Positions 19,246 through 29,656 of a DNA stretch of 64,000 bases are shown here, piece after piece. This stretch comes from Gammaproteobacteria bacterium (GTDB lineage: Bacteria > Pseudomonadota > Gammaproteobacteria > Eutrophobiales > Eutrophobiaceae). The translations under genes and the position numbers were made by a program. The notes under the pieces were generated by a model that saw nothing but the letters and a program-made list of their open reading frames with translations, did not search any database and had not been told where the DNA came from. The number at the start of each line of letters is the position of its first letter. Within the stretch, counting starts at the first letter, position 1. The stretch lies in contig OZ220696.1 in the NCBI GenBank assembly GCA_965116495.1, forward strand, positions 1,824,001 through 1,888,000, given 5' to 3'.

Positions 19246-20808
19246 ATGCAACTAACTCACCGTCCCATGGTTCTGATCATCCTTGATGGCTGGGGCTACT
19301 CGGAAAATACCGCCTACAACGCGATTCACAGCGCAAGAAAACCCGCCTGGGACTACCTGTGGGATAACTTCCCGCATACCCTGTTGAATGCGTCCGGGAT
19401 GGACGTGGGCCTGCCCGCCAGGCAAATGGGCAATTCGGAGACAGGCCACATGAATATCGGTTCAGGTCGAATAGTCGATCAGGAATTTACCCGAATTACG
19501 AAGGCGATTGAAAACAGGTCATTTTTTGAAAACCGGGTATTGAAAGACGCACTGGCCGCTGCCGCAAGGAAAGGCAGCGCCGTCCATCTCATGGGACTGT
19601 TGTCCCCGGGAGGGGTACACAATCACCAGGAACATATATTCGCCCTGCTGGAGTTTGCAGCAGACTATGATGTCAGGGAGATCTACCTGCACGCGTTCCT
19701 GGACGGCAGGGATACGCCGCCGAAGAGCGCCGAAGAGTATATGGATGAGGCATACCTGAAGATGCGGGAACTCGGTAAAGGCCGCTTTGCCAGTGTGGTC
19801 GGTCGCTATTACGCCATGGACCGGAATAACCACTGGGACAGGACTCAAATCGCGTACAAGCTGATAACAGCCGCCGAAGCGGAATACAGGTCGGTTGACG
19901 CATTTATCGCCGTGGACATGGCTTATGCCCGCGGTGAGACGGACGAATTCGTGAAACCCACCGTTATCACACAACGTGATGGCACGGCCGCCGGGATCGA
20001 ACAGGGCGACGTGGTTATCTTCAGCAACTACCGGGCCGACCGGGCCAGGCAGTTGGCCGAAGCATTCACGGCGGCAGATTTCAATGGTTTTCCCCGCGCA
20101 AAACCCGTTGACCTGACTGCATTCATCAGTATGACCGAGTACAGGTCGGACTTCGATTTTCCGGTCCTGTTCCCACCCGCCCACCTGAAGAACGTGCTGG
20201 GTGAATACCTGGCGAATTCGGGCATGAAGCAACTGCGCATTGCGGAAACCGAAAAATACGCTCACGTCACTTTTTTCTTCAACGGCGGCGAGGAGCAGAT
20301 ATTCGGGGACGAAGACCGGATACTGGTGCCGTCTCCCCGCGTGGCTACCTACGACCTGTGCCCCGAGATGAGTGCGGTCGAAGTGACGGAGCGCCTGCTG
20401 GCGGCGATTTCCGCAGAAAAATACGACGTGATCATCTGCAATTTTGCCAATGCGGATATGGTAGGCCATACAGGAGACTTCGATGCGGCGGTCAAGGCCG
20501 TTGAAACCATTGATTCATGTATCGGTAAAATTGTCAACCAGACCCGGCGCGTGGGCGGGGAAATACTGATAACGTCCGATCACGGCAATGCCGAGCAGAT
20601 GCGTTCATTCATCACGGAAAAAGTCAGGGAACACGCACATACGGCCCATACCGGCAACCCGGTACCGCTCGTCTATGTCGGCCGTCCCGCTGAAGTGGCG
20701 CCCAGCACTACCGCAGCCTTGTGTGACGTTGTTCCGACCATGTTATACATCATGGGTATGGAAAAACCGGAAGAGATGACCGGTAATGCCCTGTTCAGAC
20801 TGTGTTGA
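19246..20808 (+). CDS. gpmI: 2,3-bisphosphoglycerate-independent phosphoglycerate mutase
   Basis: LIILDGWG, QMGNSETGH, AETEKYAHVTFF, DMVGHTG. Start placed at ATG 19246 rather than the longest-ORF start. Confidence 0.95.
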   Translation: MQLTHRPMVLIILDGWGYSENTAYNAIHSARKPAWDYLWDNFPHTLLNASGMDVGLPARQMGNSETGHMNIGSGRIVDQEFTRITKAIENRSFFENRVLKDALAAAARKGSAVHLMGLLSPGGVHNHQEHIFALLEFAADYDVREIYLHAFLDGRDTPPKSAEEYMDEAYLKMRELGKGRFASVVGRYYAMDRNNHWDRTQIAYKLITAAEAEYRSVDAFIAVDMAYARGETDEFVKPTVITQRDGTAAGIEQGDVVIFSNYRADRARQLAEAFTAADFNGFPRAKPVDLTAFISMTEYRSDFDFPVLFPPAHLKNVLGEYLANSGMKQLRIAETEKYAHVTFFFNGGEEQIFGDEDRILVPSPRVATYDLCPEMSAVEVTERLLAAISAEKYDVIICNFANADMVGHTGDFDAAVKAVETIDSCIGKIVNQTRRVGGEILITSDHGNAEQMRSFITEKVREHAHTAHTGNPVPLVYVGRPAEVAPSTTAALCDVVPTMLYIMGMEKPEEMTGNALFRLC

Positions 20809-21968
20809 TTGAGTTGGCCGGACCGGCCCTGAAACGAGAAGCCATACCGGTATGGTTTTTTCCCGCACTCTGCCTGCTGCTCGCTCCCATATGCTGGGCC
20901 GCTGAAACGGAGACTACGGAAAAGGAAATCGAGTCGGTCAAATCGCAAATCAAGACTGTCCAGACCAGGATCAGGTCAGCAGAGAACGAGCTTGAGCAAA
21001 TGCTGGCGGAATTGCAGCAGTATGAAATCGCTGCCGCCGACGTGACAATGGCGCTCAGGCAACTCAACTCCGCTATCAGCGCCAAACAGGACGGGCTGGC
21101 GACCCTGAACGAGGAACTCGATCAACTTGGTGAAAACCTCCGGCAGGAAAAAAAACTGTTATCCGAACAGGTGCGTGCGATGTACCGGACGGGCAGGAAT
21201 GACTACATCAAATTACTCCTGAACCAGGAAAACCCGACACTGTTCGGGAGGGTTCTGACCTACCATGATTATTACAACCGGGCCAGGACAGAACGGATAG
21301 GCGCAATCAAGCTCACGCAGGATCAGCTGGAGGTATTGCAGGAAAATATCAATAGTGATAAGGAAGAATTGATTTCCCTGCGGTCCGGCAAGGAAGCGAA
21401 ACTGGCTGAACTGAATGCATACCGCCGGGGCCGGGAGAAATTACTGGTCAGGTCAAGGCGCTTTATCGATGACCAGGACAGGCAGTTACAGGTATTACTG
21501 AAAACCGAGCGGGACCTGGCGGAGTTACTCACGAGGCTGAAACGCAGTGAAGAGGTTTACGCAGATGAACCACCGTTTGCCAGTCTCAAAGGAAAATTGA
21601 AATGGCCGGTACGTGGTAAAATAACAAGTCGTTATGGCGAAATAAAAAAAGACGGAAAACTGAAGTCCCGGGGAATTACCTTCGCCTCTGCGGCCGGGAC
21701 CGAAGTGCACGCAATCACTTCCGGTACGGTCATCTACGCAGACTGGTTCAGAAACCTGGGTTTGCTGTTGATACTGGATCATGGTAACGGGTTTATGAGT
21801 TTGTACGGATATAACGAAGTTCTACTGAAGAAAGCCGGGGACCGGGTCGGGAAGAATAACCCCATAGCCAGAACCGGGGATACGGGAGGCCAGAAGAATC
21901 CCGGCCTCTATTTTGAGATCAGACGGGAGGGAAACCCCTTGAATCCATCTTTGTGGTGCAGGAGTTGA
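20802..21968 (+). CDS. envC: Murein hydrolase activator EnvC-like (coiled coil plus degenerate M23)
   Basis: LKWPVRG, LYFEIR and gpmI-envC-ctpA synteny. Start uncertain. Confidence 0.85.
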   Translation: MLIELAGPALKREAIPVWFFPALCLLLAPICWAAETETTEKEIESVKSQIKTVQTRIRSAENELEQMLAELQQYEIAAADVTMALRQLNSAISAKQDGLATLNEELDQLGENLRQEKKLLSEQVRAMYRTGRNDYIKLLLNQENPTLFGRVLTYHDYYNRARTERIGAIKLTQDQLEVLQENINSDKEELISLRSGKEAKLAELNAYRRGREKLLVRSRRFIDDQDRQLQVLLKTERDLAELLTRLKRSEEVYADEPPFASLKGKLKWPVRGKITSRYGEIKKDGKLKSRGITFASAAGTEVHAITSGTVIYADWFRNLGLLLILDHGNGFMSLYGYNEVLLKKAGDRVGKNNPIARTGDTGGQKNPGLYFEIRREGNPLNPSLWCRS

Positions 21969-21978
21969 AATAAACAGA

Positions 21979-23289
21979 ATGAACATGAACACAGTAAAAG
22001 CATTCCTCATTGTCTTACTTTTCACCGGCCAGATCATCCATGCCGAAGATACCCTGGGACCTGAAGCGGGGGAGTTACCCGTAGATCAGATCAGGACGTT
22101 TGCAGAGGTATTCGCCAAGATAAAAAAAGACTACGTAGAAAACGTGGAAGACGGCACTCTCCTGGAAAATGCGATCAAGGGTATGCTGGAAGGCCTGGAT
22201 CCGCATTCTTCCTACCTTGATGAAGACGCCTACCTGGATTTGCAGGAGGGGACCTCGGGAGAGTTCGGCGGTCTGGGAATTGAAGTGGGCATGGAAGATG
22301 GATTTATCAGAGTGATCTCACCAATCGATGATACCCCGGCACAAAAGGCAGGGCTGCAATCCGGTGACCTGGTCATTCGCCTGGATGAAACACCGGTAAA
22401 AGGCATGTCATTAAATGATGCCGTCACGCGTATGCGGGGAGAGCCGGGTACCGATATCACCCTGACCATAATCAGGGAAGGTGAGGAAAAACCGCTTAAA
22501 GTTACCATTACCAGGGATGTGATCAAAGTGAAAAGTGTCAGAACACAAACCCTGGAACCGGGTTTCGGATACCTGCGCGTCTCACACTTTCAATCCCGCA
22601 CCGCAGAAGATGCCAGGGCCAGCCTGCAACAATTGAAACAGAACAATAACGGTAACCTGAATGGGCTGATCCTGGACCTCAGGAATAATCCCGGCGGCAT
22701 TCTCAGCGCTGCAGTCGGTATTTCCGACCTGTTCCTGGACAAGGGTCTGATTGTCTACACGGAAGGCCGTATTGATGATTCAAAATTAAAATTCAACGCT
22801 AAGCCGGCAGACATACTGGATAGTGCACCCATGGTGGTCCTGGTTAACGCCGGTTCCGCTTCCGCCTCCGAAATCGTGGCAGGCGCCCTCCAGGATCACA
22901 AGCGCGCGATCATCATGGGGCAGAAAACCTTCGGCAAGGGTTCCGTCCAGACGGTATTGCCCATATCCAACGCCGCTGCACTGAAATTGACGACTGCGCG
23001 TTATTTCACGCCATCAGGCCGCTCCATACAGGTTTCAGGAATAGAACCCGATATTGTCATTTCCCGGGTCAAGGTTGAATCCCTGGAAGAAGAAACTCAC
23101 ATCATTACAGAGGAAAACCTGACCAGACACCTGGATAACGATACACAAGACGATACCCCGCAGGAAACGACGGATGGAGAGGAAGCTACAGCAGAGCAGA
23201 TCAAGGCGCGGTTATTGGAGGATTATACCCTGCAGCAAGCCCTTAACGTGCTGAAAAGCCTGCAGATATTGACGGCCGAAGCGGAGTAG
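21979..23289 (+). CDS. ctpA: Carboxyl-terminal processing protease, S41 family
   Basis: LDPHS, PDZ domain, DLRNNPGG, SASASEIV, TFGKGSVQ. Confidence 0.92.
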   Translation: MNMNTVKAFLIVLLFTGQIIHAEDTLGPEAGELPVDQIRTFAEVFAKIKKDYVENVEDGTLLENAIKGMLEGLDPHSSYLDEDAYLDLQEGTSGEFGGLGIEVGMEDGFIRVISPIDDTPAQKAGLQSGDLVIRLDETPVKGMSLNDAVTRMRGEPGTDITLTIIREGEEKPLKVTITRDVIKVKSVRTQTLEPGFGYLRVSHFQSRTAEDARASLQQLKQNNNGNLNGLILDLRNNPGGILSAAVGISDLFLDKGLIVYTEGRIDDSKLKFNAKPADILDSAPMVVLVNAGSASASEIVAGALQDHKRAIIMGQKTFGKGSVQTVLPISNAAALKLTTARYFTPSGRSIQVSGIEPDIVISRVKVESLEEETHIITEENLTRHLDNDTQDDTPQETTDGEEATAEQIKARLLEDYTLQQALNVLKSLQILTAEAE

Positions 23290-23336
23290 GGATGTTTGGG
23301 AAGATTAACCAGGTCGCCTGAACCAACCGGAACCCC

Positions 23337-23363
23337 GGGGTCAGAGTATGTCACTCTGACCCC
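23337..23363. repeat. GGGGTCAGAGT-type palindrome containing the thioesterase stop codon
   Basis: GGGGTCAGAGT-ATGTC-ACTCTGACCCC. Confidence 0.8.
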
Positions 23364-23815
23364 AAATATCTTACCGAGTATTTCCCGGTGAACTTTACTA
23401 CCGGGCCCCCGGCATCTTGTACCACGACGTTGAGGGCGATTTTAGCTTTGTGCCGGGTTGTTAGGGCAGTAAAAAAGTCCTCGATGATTTCCGTGTCGGG
23501 CGCGACGCAGGTTGCGCAAAAATCGCCAACCGCCGGTTTGATGTAGTTTATTTCACCCTTGTAGACGGCAATATCTGCGTCAATCCCCCGCTCCGCCAGT
23601 TTTACGAACAACAGGCTCCAGCCGCACAGGGCGGCGATGGAATAGGAACTGCCGGCGAAGGCCGTTTGCTTGTCATTGAGATTAGGTGATGCAGGAGCGC
23701 TCAACCTCAACCGGCTCCCGTCATAGCTGTCCGCTGTTATCCCCATGGCGCGGGTGATTGGAATACATCGCTCCAGCGTGTCATTCAGCAGGACTAACGG
23801 ATCGATATCTGCCAT
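23351..23815 (-). CDS. YiiD C-terminal-like hotdog thioesterase
   Basis: IPITRAMG and PNLNDKQTAFAGS motifs. Confidence 0.8.
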   Translation of the reverse strand: MADIDPLVLLNDTLERCIPITRAMGITADSYDGSRLRLSAPASPNLNDKQTAFAGSSYSIAALCGWSLLFVKLAERGIDADIAVYKGEINYIKPAVGDFCATCVAPDTEIIEDFFTALTTRHKAKIALNVVVQDAGGPVVKFTGKYSVRYLGSE

Positions 23816-23835
23816 TTCATTTTAGATTTGAACTA

Positions 23836-23880
23836 TGGGGTCAGAGTAAGAAATTCGCCAGAACTTTTACTCTGACCCCA
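23836..23880. repeat. GGGGTCAGAGTA-type palindromic repeat
   Basis: TGGGGTCAGAGTAA ... TTACTCTGACCCCA. Confidence 0.85.
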
Positions 23881-23887
23881 AATATCT

Positions 23888-25549
23888 TTACAATTTGCTC
23901 AATACCTTTATGACCAGCCAGCCGCCGGTTATGCCAAGCAGCAGGGGCAGCAGGGGAAACCCACCTATCATCCAGGAGGGGTGGCCAATCAGGTAGAATA
24001 CCAGGGCGGCCAGTACAAGGGCGCAACCGACGATCACGCGGATATTGTTCCTGTTATTCCTGCGTATTTCCCTGCGTAGTCCGTCGATCTCGCCTGATTT
24101 CAACTCCACCTGGAACCGGCCGTCGTGCAGGCGGTCTACCAGTTCCATCACCTTGTGGGGGAACTGGGGAAGGCGGTTGAGCCAATAGGGAACGCTGTCC
24201 CTGGTTCCTTTCAGCATGGTGCGGAGGCCCACGCGGCTGTCCAGCCAGCGTTGCATGATGGGTTTGGCCGTGGCCCAGAGATCCAGGTCGGGGGATAACT
24301 GGCGACCAAGACCTTCGATATTGACCAGTGTTTTCTGTAGCAACAGCAGTTGCGGCAGTATGACCATATTGAAGCGCCGGGCCGTTTGAAACAGCCGCAT
24401 CAACAGTGTGCCGATTGAAATTTCCCGGATGGGACGGTCAAACAACGGCTCACAGACCGTGCGGATGGCAAACTCAAACTCATCTACCCTCGTGCCGGGA
24501 GGGACCCAGCCCGATTCGATATGCAATTCGGCAACCCGCTGGTAGTTACGCTGTAAAAAAGCCAGGAAGTTATCCGCCAGGTAGCGTTGATCAAATTCAC
24601 TCAGGGAACTCATGATGCCGAAATCCACCATCATGATGCGCGCGCGCCCGTCACTGCCCGGCTGGACAAAGATATTGCCGGGATGCATATCCGCATGGAA
24701 AAAACCGTCCCGGAAAACCTGGGTGAAAAAAATCTCTACACCCCGTTCAGCCAGCCATTTCAGGTCCACTCCTGCCTTTTCCAAGGCCGGTACATCGCTG
24801 ATGGGTATCCCGGACACGCGTTCCATTACCATCACATCCCGGTTAGTCAATTCCCAGACTACCTCGGGAACGTACAAAACTTCAGAGTCGGAAAAATTGC
24901 GCCGTAACTGGGATGCCGAGGCTGCTTCTCTCATTAGATCCAGTTCGCCAAACAGGGTATTCTCAAATTCCGCAACAACTGACGTGGGTTTCAGGCGTCT
25001 CGCATCACGAGAATACCGTTCAAGGGTCTCAGCGAGAATATTGATGATGTCAAGATCGCGCCGTATTACCTTGTGAATCTCCGGGCGAATGACCTTGACG
25101 ATCATCGAACGGCCATCCTGGAGTGAGGCGGCATGGACCTGGGCTACAGACGCAGAAGCCAGCGGAGCTTCATCGAATTCATGGAATACTTCTTCTATCT
25201 CTTTGCCCAATGCCCGTTCTATAATTTCCCTGGCGATGCTGCCGGGAAACGGCGGGACCTTATCCTGCAACTTCGCCAGTTCAACGGCGATGTCGTCCGG
25301 TAACATATCGCGCCGGGTTGATAGCTGTTGACCGAACTTGACGAAAATCGGTCCCAGGTCCTGCAAGGCCAGGCGCAGCCTGACACCCCTGGGCTGCTCT
25401 ATCCTGCGTAACCAGTTCCACGGCAACAGGCGCTGTAACCATCTTACCGACCGGAACAGGTGCAAGGTAAAGACCAGTTCATCCAGACCGTGTTTCAATA
25501 ACACGCGTTGGATGGTTAGCAATCTTAATATTTGTCCTATGCCTAACAT
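23888..25549 (-). CDS. ubiB: Ubiquinone biosynthesis kinase-like protein
   Basis: LGPIFVKFGQ, ASASVAQVH, FFHADMHPGN. Confidence 0.95.
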   Translation of the reverse strand: MLGIGQILRLLTIQRVLLKHGLDELVFTLHLFRSVRWLQRLLPWNWLRRIEQPRGVRLRLALQDLGPIFVKFGQQLSTRRDMLPDDIAVELAKLQDKVPPFPGSIAREIIERALGKEIEEVFHEFDEAPLASASVAQVHAASLQDGRSMIVKVIRPEIHKVIRRDLDIINILAETLERYSRDARRLKPTSVVAEFENTLFGELDLMREAASASQLRRNFSDSEVLYVPEVVWELTNRDVMVMERVSGIPISDVPALEKAGVDLKWLAERGVEIFFTQVFRDGFFHADMHPGNIFVQPGSDGRARIMMVDFGIMSSLSEFDQRYLADNFLAFLQRNYQRVAELHIESGWVPPGTRVDEFEFAIRTVCEPLFDRPIREISIGTLLMRLFQTARRFNMVILPQLLLLQKTLVNIEGLGRQLSPDLDLWATAKPIMQRWLDSRVGLRTMLKGTRDSVPYWLNRLPQFPHKVMELVDRLHDGRFQVELKSGEIDGLRREIRRNNRNNIRVIVGCALVLAALVFYLIGHPSWMIGGFPLLPLLLGITGGWLVIKVLSKL

Positions 25550-25558
25550 TGACCCATT

Positions 25559-25735
25559 ATCCGCAGATGACGCAGATTAACGCAGATGATATTGATTTGA
25601 TCCGCAGCTTATACAAACTGCCGTGACGGGATATGCCGTTTCCCGGGCGGCTGTTTCTGAGTGAGCGCCGAACCCGGCTTACAGTCTCACAGCAAAGATA
25701 TTTTTTATCTGCGCGCATCTGCGTAATCTGCGGAT
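25559..25735. repeat. Inverted pair of GCAGAT-periodic repeats overlapping the ubiJ 3' end
   Basis: Arms at 25559-25587 and 25707-25735. Confidence 0.8.
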
Positions 25736-26310
25736 AGTTTATGAAATCTTTGTTTGAGGCGCTCGAGGTCATCGCGTAATACGTCAACCGAATCATTAAA
25801 GCGCTCGATTTCTTCGCGGTCAGGCACTATCTCCGTTTCGTACAAGGCGTATTCACCCAGGTCCAGCTCGATTTTATTCTTCAACTGGCGTAAAAAATCC
25901 ATTCCCATTCGCACCGTATTGGATATTTTCCTTGCCGGGGTATCGCCAACCAGTTGCGCCGCCTGTTCTTCCCAATCAACCTCGAACCTGTGCACCAACC
26001 GTTGAAATTCCTGTGCCAGGCCCAGGTCTCCCTTTATCTCCATAGCTCCCGCAACGGCCGCCCCACCCTGTCCGGACGAATGCATATAAGCCAGCAGGTT
26101 GAGTGGTGTGCCCCGGATCAGGACGTCCCCGGTTCCCGCATAATCCGTATTGACCTGAATACCCTGTTCTTCAATTACCAGGCTAATGACCGGCTGTGTC
26201 GTATTGATTAATTCTACCTGTATCACCTTGCCTGACAACCCGGACAACTCGTCCAGTGTTTCCGGGTCCAGGGACAGCAGGCGGTTAAGCAGGCGTTCCA
26301 AGGCATTCAT
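25705..26310 (-). CDS. ubiJ: Ubiquinone biosynthesis accessory factor (SCP2 domain)
   Basis: LSLDPE, DWEE..A..VGD, and position between ubiE and ubiB. Confidence 0.85.
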   Translation of the reverse strand: MNALERLLNRLLSLDPETLDELSGLSGKVIQVELINTTQPVISLVIEEQGIQVNTDYAGTGDVLIRGTPLNLLAYMHSSGQGGAAVAGAMEIKGDLGLAQEFQRLVHRFEVDWEEQAAQLVGDTPARKISNTVRMGMDFLRQLKNKIELDLGEYALYETEIVPDREEIERFNDSVDVLRDDLERLKQRFHKLSADYADARR

Positions 26311-26327
26311 AAGGAATATTTTTTGAC

Positions 26328-26385
26328 TGGATTCCGGCTTGCGCCGGAATGACGGGGCCGCTCAGGGGACTTAAGTCCGTCCCCG
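26328..26385. repeat. CGTC-type REP plus a GGGGACTTAAGTCCGTCCCC repeat
   Basis: TGGATTCCGGCTTGCGCCGGAATGACG. The second motif recurs near 30787-30809. Confidence 0.75.
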
Positions 26386-26451
26386 GATGTAAGTCCGCGC
26401 CCGGTTGCATGGAATGGGGGCGGCGTGAAAAGGGGGTCCCCCCTCTTTTTT

Positions 26452-27186
26452 TCATAACTTGTACCCCTTGTGCAGGGCGACTATACCGCCGGACAAATTC
26501 AGGTAATCGACCCGGGAGAAACCGGCATCCTCCAGCATTGTTTTCAGCGTTTCCTGGTCGGGGTGCATCCTGATCGACTCGACCAGGTATCGATAACTGT
26601 CAGGATCCTGGACGACCAGGTTACCCAGGGCCGGGATCGCATGAAACGAATACTTGTCATAAACCTGTCCCAGCAGGTCAGAAGTCACCCGGGAAAATTC
26701 CAGGATAATAACCGGACTGCCGTACTTCAGCTTGGCGTGAACGGAGCGGAGCGCGGCCATCTTGTCGGTCATATTGCGTAGGCCGAAGGCAAGAGTGGCA
26801 CAATCAAAGCTGCCGTCCGCAAAAGGGAGTTGTTGCGCATTTGCGCGTACGTAATGCACATCGTTGATCAGTCCCTTGTCCACGAGTTTGTCCCTGCCGC
26901 ATTTCAACATGGCCTCGTTAATGTCGCACAGGACAACACCATAACCTGCCTGTTTCAGCAAGGCAGCCAAATCACCCGTCCCGGACGCTACATCCAGGAC
27001 CACGCAGCCGGCTCTCAGGCGGGCGAGGTGGATACACAAGCGTTTCCACAACCGGTGTATGCCGAAGGACATCAGATCGTTCATCAGGTCGTAGCGTAAT
27101 GCAACCGAACTGAAGACATCGTCCACGCGCCGGGTTTTCTCTCCCGGCGAGACAGTCTGGTAACCAAAATCAACCGGCCGGCTCAT
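26452..27186 (-). CDS. ubiE: Ubiquinone/menaquinone biosynthesis C-methyltransferase
   Basis: [35 protein letters not shown]. Confidence 0.95.
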   Translation of the reverse strand: MSRPVDFGYQTVSPGEKTRRVDDVFSSVALRYDLMNDLMSFGIHRLWKRLCIHLARLRAGCVVLDVASGTGDLAALLKQAGYGVVLCDINEAMLKCGRDKLVDKGLINDVHYVRANAQQLPFADGSFDCATLAFGLRNMTDKMAALRSVHAKLKYGSPVIILEFSRVTSDLLGQVYDKYSFHAIPALGNLVVQDPDSYRYLVESIRMHPDQETLKTMLEDAGFSRVDYLNLSGGIVALHKGYKL

Positions 27187-27249
27187 TGGATTTGCGGGGT
27201 CAGAATAAAATTATTTGATGGATGGGGGGTTATGCATGAATCCCGATTT

Positions 27250-27294
27250 TGGGGCCAGAGTAAGAAATTCGATAGAATTTTTACTCTGGCCCCA
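27250..27294. repeat. GGGGCCAGAGTA-type palindrome containing the DUF971 stop codon
   Basis: TGGGGCCAGAGTAA ... TTACTCTGGCCCCA, with a compensatory change relative to other copies. Confidence 0.85.
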
Positions 27295-27679
27295 GGTTCT
27301 GTGTGACCTGGCGAGTGTAACCCGCTTTTTCCAGCGCCGCCAGGTATGACTGCCAGTGTTGCTCCCGATTTGCTCCCAGTTGATAAAGATAATCCCAGGT
27401 ATAAATGCCGGAATTATGTCCGTCATCAAAACACAGCTTCAGCGCGTAACTCCCCATGGGCTCAAGCGCGTCGATATTCACATTCTCCTTGCCTGTCTGT
27501 AATATCTCCTGGCCCGGACCATGCCCGCGCACTTCGGCAGAAGGCGAATAAACCCGCAGCAACTCGCAACTCAGGCTGAAACTTTTCCCGTCAGCGTACT
27601 CCAGCACCAGCAAACGCGACTTTTTCTTCAGGCTGACTGATATCGGCCTCGTGGTATCTGTTTCGCTTGCCGCAGGCAT
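27281..27679 (-). CDS. DUF971 / gamma-butyrobetaine hydroxylase-like N-terminal domain protein
   Basis: ELLRVYSPSAEVRGHG and FDDGHNSGIYTWDYL. Confidence 0.88.
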   Translation of the reverse strand: MPAASETDTTRPISVSLKKKSRLLVLEYADGKSFSLSCELLRVYSPSAEVRGHGPGQEILQTGKENVNIDALEPMGSYALKLCFDDGHNSGIYTWDYLYQLGANREQHWQSYLAALEKAGYTRQVTQNLGPE

Positions 27680-27691
27680 TACAGTAGTTGG

Positions 27692-29011
27692 TCAGAGAAT
27701 ATACTTTGTCAAATCCTCATCCTTGATCAGGTCATCCAGGTGCTCGGCCACGTATCGGGCATCTATCCTGATTGATTTTTCTCCCTGGTCGGGCGCTTCA
27801 AAGGACAGGCTTTCAAGCAGGCGCTCCATAACCGTGTGCAAGCGCCGGGCGCCGATGTTTTCCGTAGACTCATTGACCTGCCAGGCAATTTCGGCAATGC
27901 GGGCAATACCGTCTTCGGAAAACGATAACTCCACCTGTTCGGTTTGCATAAGCGCGGAATATTGCTGTGTCAGTGAAGCATCGGGCTCAACCAGGATGCG
28001 GCTGAACTCGGCCACGCCCAGGGCATCGAGCTCCACCCGTATCGGCAACCTCCCCTGCAGTTCGGGTATCAGGTCGGAAGGTTTGGAAAAGTGAAACGCG
28101 CCGGAGGCAATAAACAGGATATGGTCCGTTTTGACCATGCCGTATCTTGTCGTTACGGTGGAACCTTCCACCAGCGGCAGCAAATCACGTTGTACGCCTT
28201 CCCTGGAAACATCTGCGCCGCTGACCTCGGCGCGCCGCGTCACCTTGTCAATCTCGTCCAGGAAAACCAGGCCGTTCTGCTCTACGTTCTCCAGTGCCCT
28301 GACCTTGATCTCATCTTCGTTCACCAGTTTCGCGGCCTCTTCCTCGGCAAGGATCTTGAGCGCTTCCTTGATCCTCAGCTTCCTGGTGCGTTTTTTTTCG
28401 CTGCCCATACTCTGGAACAGGCCCTGCAACTGGCTGGTCATCTCCTCCATTCCCGGCGGCGCCATGATCTCGACACCGATCGCCGGCATATTCACTTCCA
28501 CCTCGATTTCCTTGTCATTCAACTGGCCGGAATTGAGCATCGCGCGGAACTTGTCCCTGGTCGAGTTGGCCTGTTCTTCTTCCGGGCCCATCCTGGCGCC
28601 CGGTAACAGGATATCCAGCACCCGGTTTTCCGCGGCCAGTTCGGCCCGGTCCCGTACTTTTTCCAGTTCCTCTTCACGGGTCATCTTCACTGCGACATCC
28701 GCCAGGTCCCGCACGATGGATTCGACGTCCCTGCCGACGTAGCCCACTTCGGTAAACTTCGTTGCCTCAATCTTGATGAAAGGGGCATTCGCCAGCTTGG
28801 CCAGACGTCTCGCTATTTCCGTTTTTCCGACACCGGTGGGGCCGATCATGAGGATGTTCTTGGGCGTAATCTCGTTTCTTAATTCTTCGCTGACCTGGGC
28901 GCGCCGCCAGCGGTTTCGTAACGCTATCGCTACCGCGCGCTTGGCTGCATCCTGACCGATAATATGTTTATCCAGTTCGGCTACGATCTGTTGCGGTGTC
29001 AGTTCTTCCAT
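27692..29011 (-). CDS. hslU: ATP-dependent protease ATPase subunit
   Basis: [30 protein letters not shown]. Confidence 0.97.
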   Translation of the reverse strand: MEELTPQQIVAELDKHIIGQDAAKRAVAIALRNRWRRAQVSEELRNEITPKNILMIGPTGVGKTEIARRLAKLANAPFIKIEATKFTEVGYVGRDVESIVRDLADVAVKMTREEELEKVRDRAELAAENRVLDILLPGARMGPEEEQANSTRDKFRAMLNSGQLNDKEIEVEVNMPAIGVEIMAPPGMEEMTSQLQGLFQSMGSEKKRTRKLRIKEALKILAEEEAAKLVNEDEIKVRALENVEQNGLVFLDEIDKVTRRAEVSGADVSREGVQRDLLPLVEGSTVTTRYGMVKTDHILFIASGAFHFSKPSDLIPELQGRLPIRVELDALGVAEFSRILVEPDASLTQQYSALMQTEQVELSFSEDGIARIAEIAWQVNESTENIGARRLHTVMERLLESLSFEAPDQGEKSIRIDARYVAEHLDDLIKDEDLTKYIL

Positions 29012-29565
29012 TATTTTGTTGCTCCTTCCGAGGGCAGTTCCTCGATCGTGATGTTACGGTTCGTATAAATACAGATATCCGCGGCAATGGCCAACGCCTT
29101 CTCAACAATCCCGCGCGCATCCATCTCGGTATTTTCCCGTAGCGCCTGTGCTGCGGCCTTGGCATAAGCTCCTCCGGAACCGATGGCCATTATCCCGGTT
29201 TCAGGTTCTATTACGTCGCCATTCCCGGAGATAAGAAGCGAATTGGATTTATCGACGACACACAGCATGGCCTCCAGGCGCCTCAACATCCTGTCGGTGC
29301 GCCAGTCTTTGGCCAGTTCAACCGCGGAACGCACCAGGTTGCCCTGGTACGACTCCAGTTTGGCCTCGAAGCGTTCAAACAATGTGAACGCATCCGCAGT
29401 CCCACCGGCAAATCCTGCCAGCACCTGGTCTCGATAAAGCTTCCGTATCTTGCTGGCATTGCCTTTCATGACGGTATCGCCAAGCGACACCTGGCCATCT
29501 CCACTTACTACCACCTTATCGCCGCGTCGAACCGACAGGATCGTTGTTCCTCTGAATTGTTCCAA
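29011..29565 (-). CDS. hslV: ATP-dependent protease peptidase subunit
   Basis: [22 protein letters not shown]. Confidence 0.97.
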   Translation of the reverse strand: MEQFRGTTILSVRRGDKVVVSGDGQVSLGDTVMKGNASKIRKLYRDQVLAGFAGGTADAFTLFERFEAKLESYQGNLVRSAVELAKDWRTDRMLRRLEAMLCVVDKSNSLLISGNGDVIEPETGIMAIGSGGAYAKAAAQALRENTEMDARGIVEKALAIAADICIYTNRNITIEELPSEGATK

Positions 29566-29656
29566 TCACTTTCTCCGGATCACAAATTTCGCATTTTATC
29601 AGAAAGCGGGATGTAACAACTATCGGTTATCCAGGACAACCAGCGTCATCTGCGGA

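Noticed and set aside
19519-20469. Long antisense ORFs here and opposite other housekeeping genes
   Set aside because: Expected codon-bias shadows of real genes, with no recognisable motifs.
26428-26453. Terminator after ubiE
   Set aside because: The G/C run leaves almost no loop and lies within the ubiE-ubiJ-ubiB operon, so function is unsupported.
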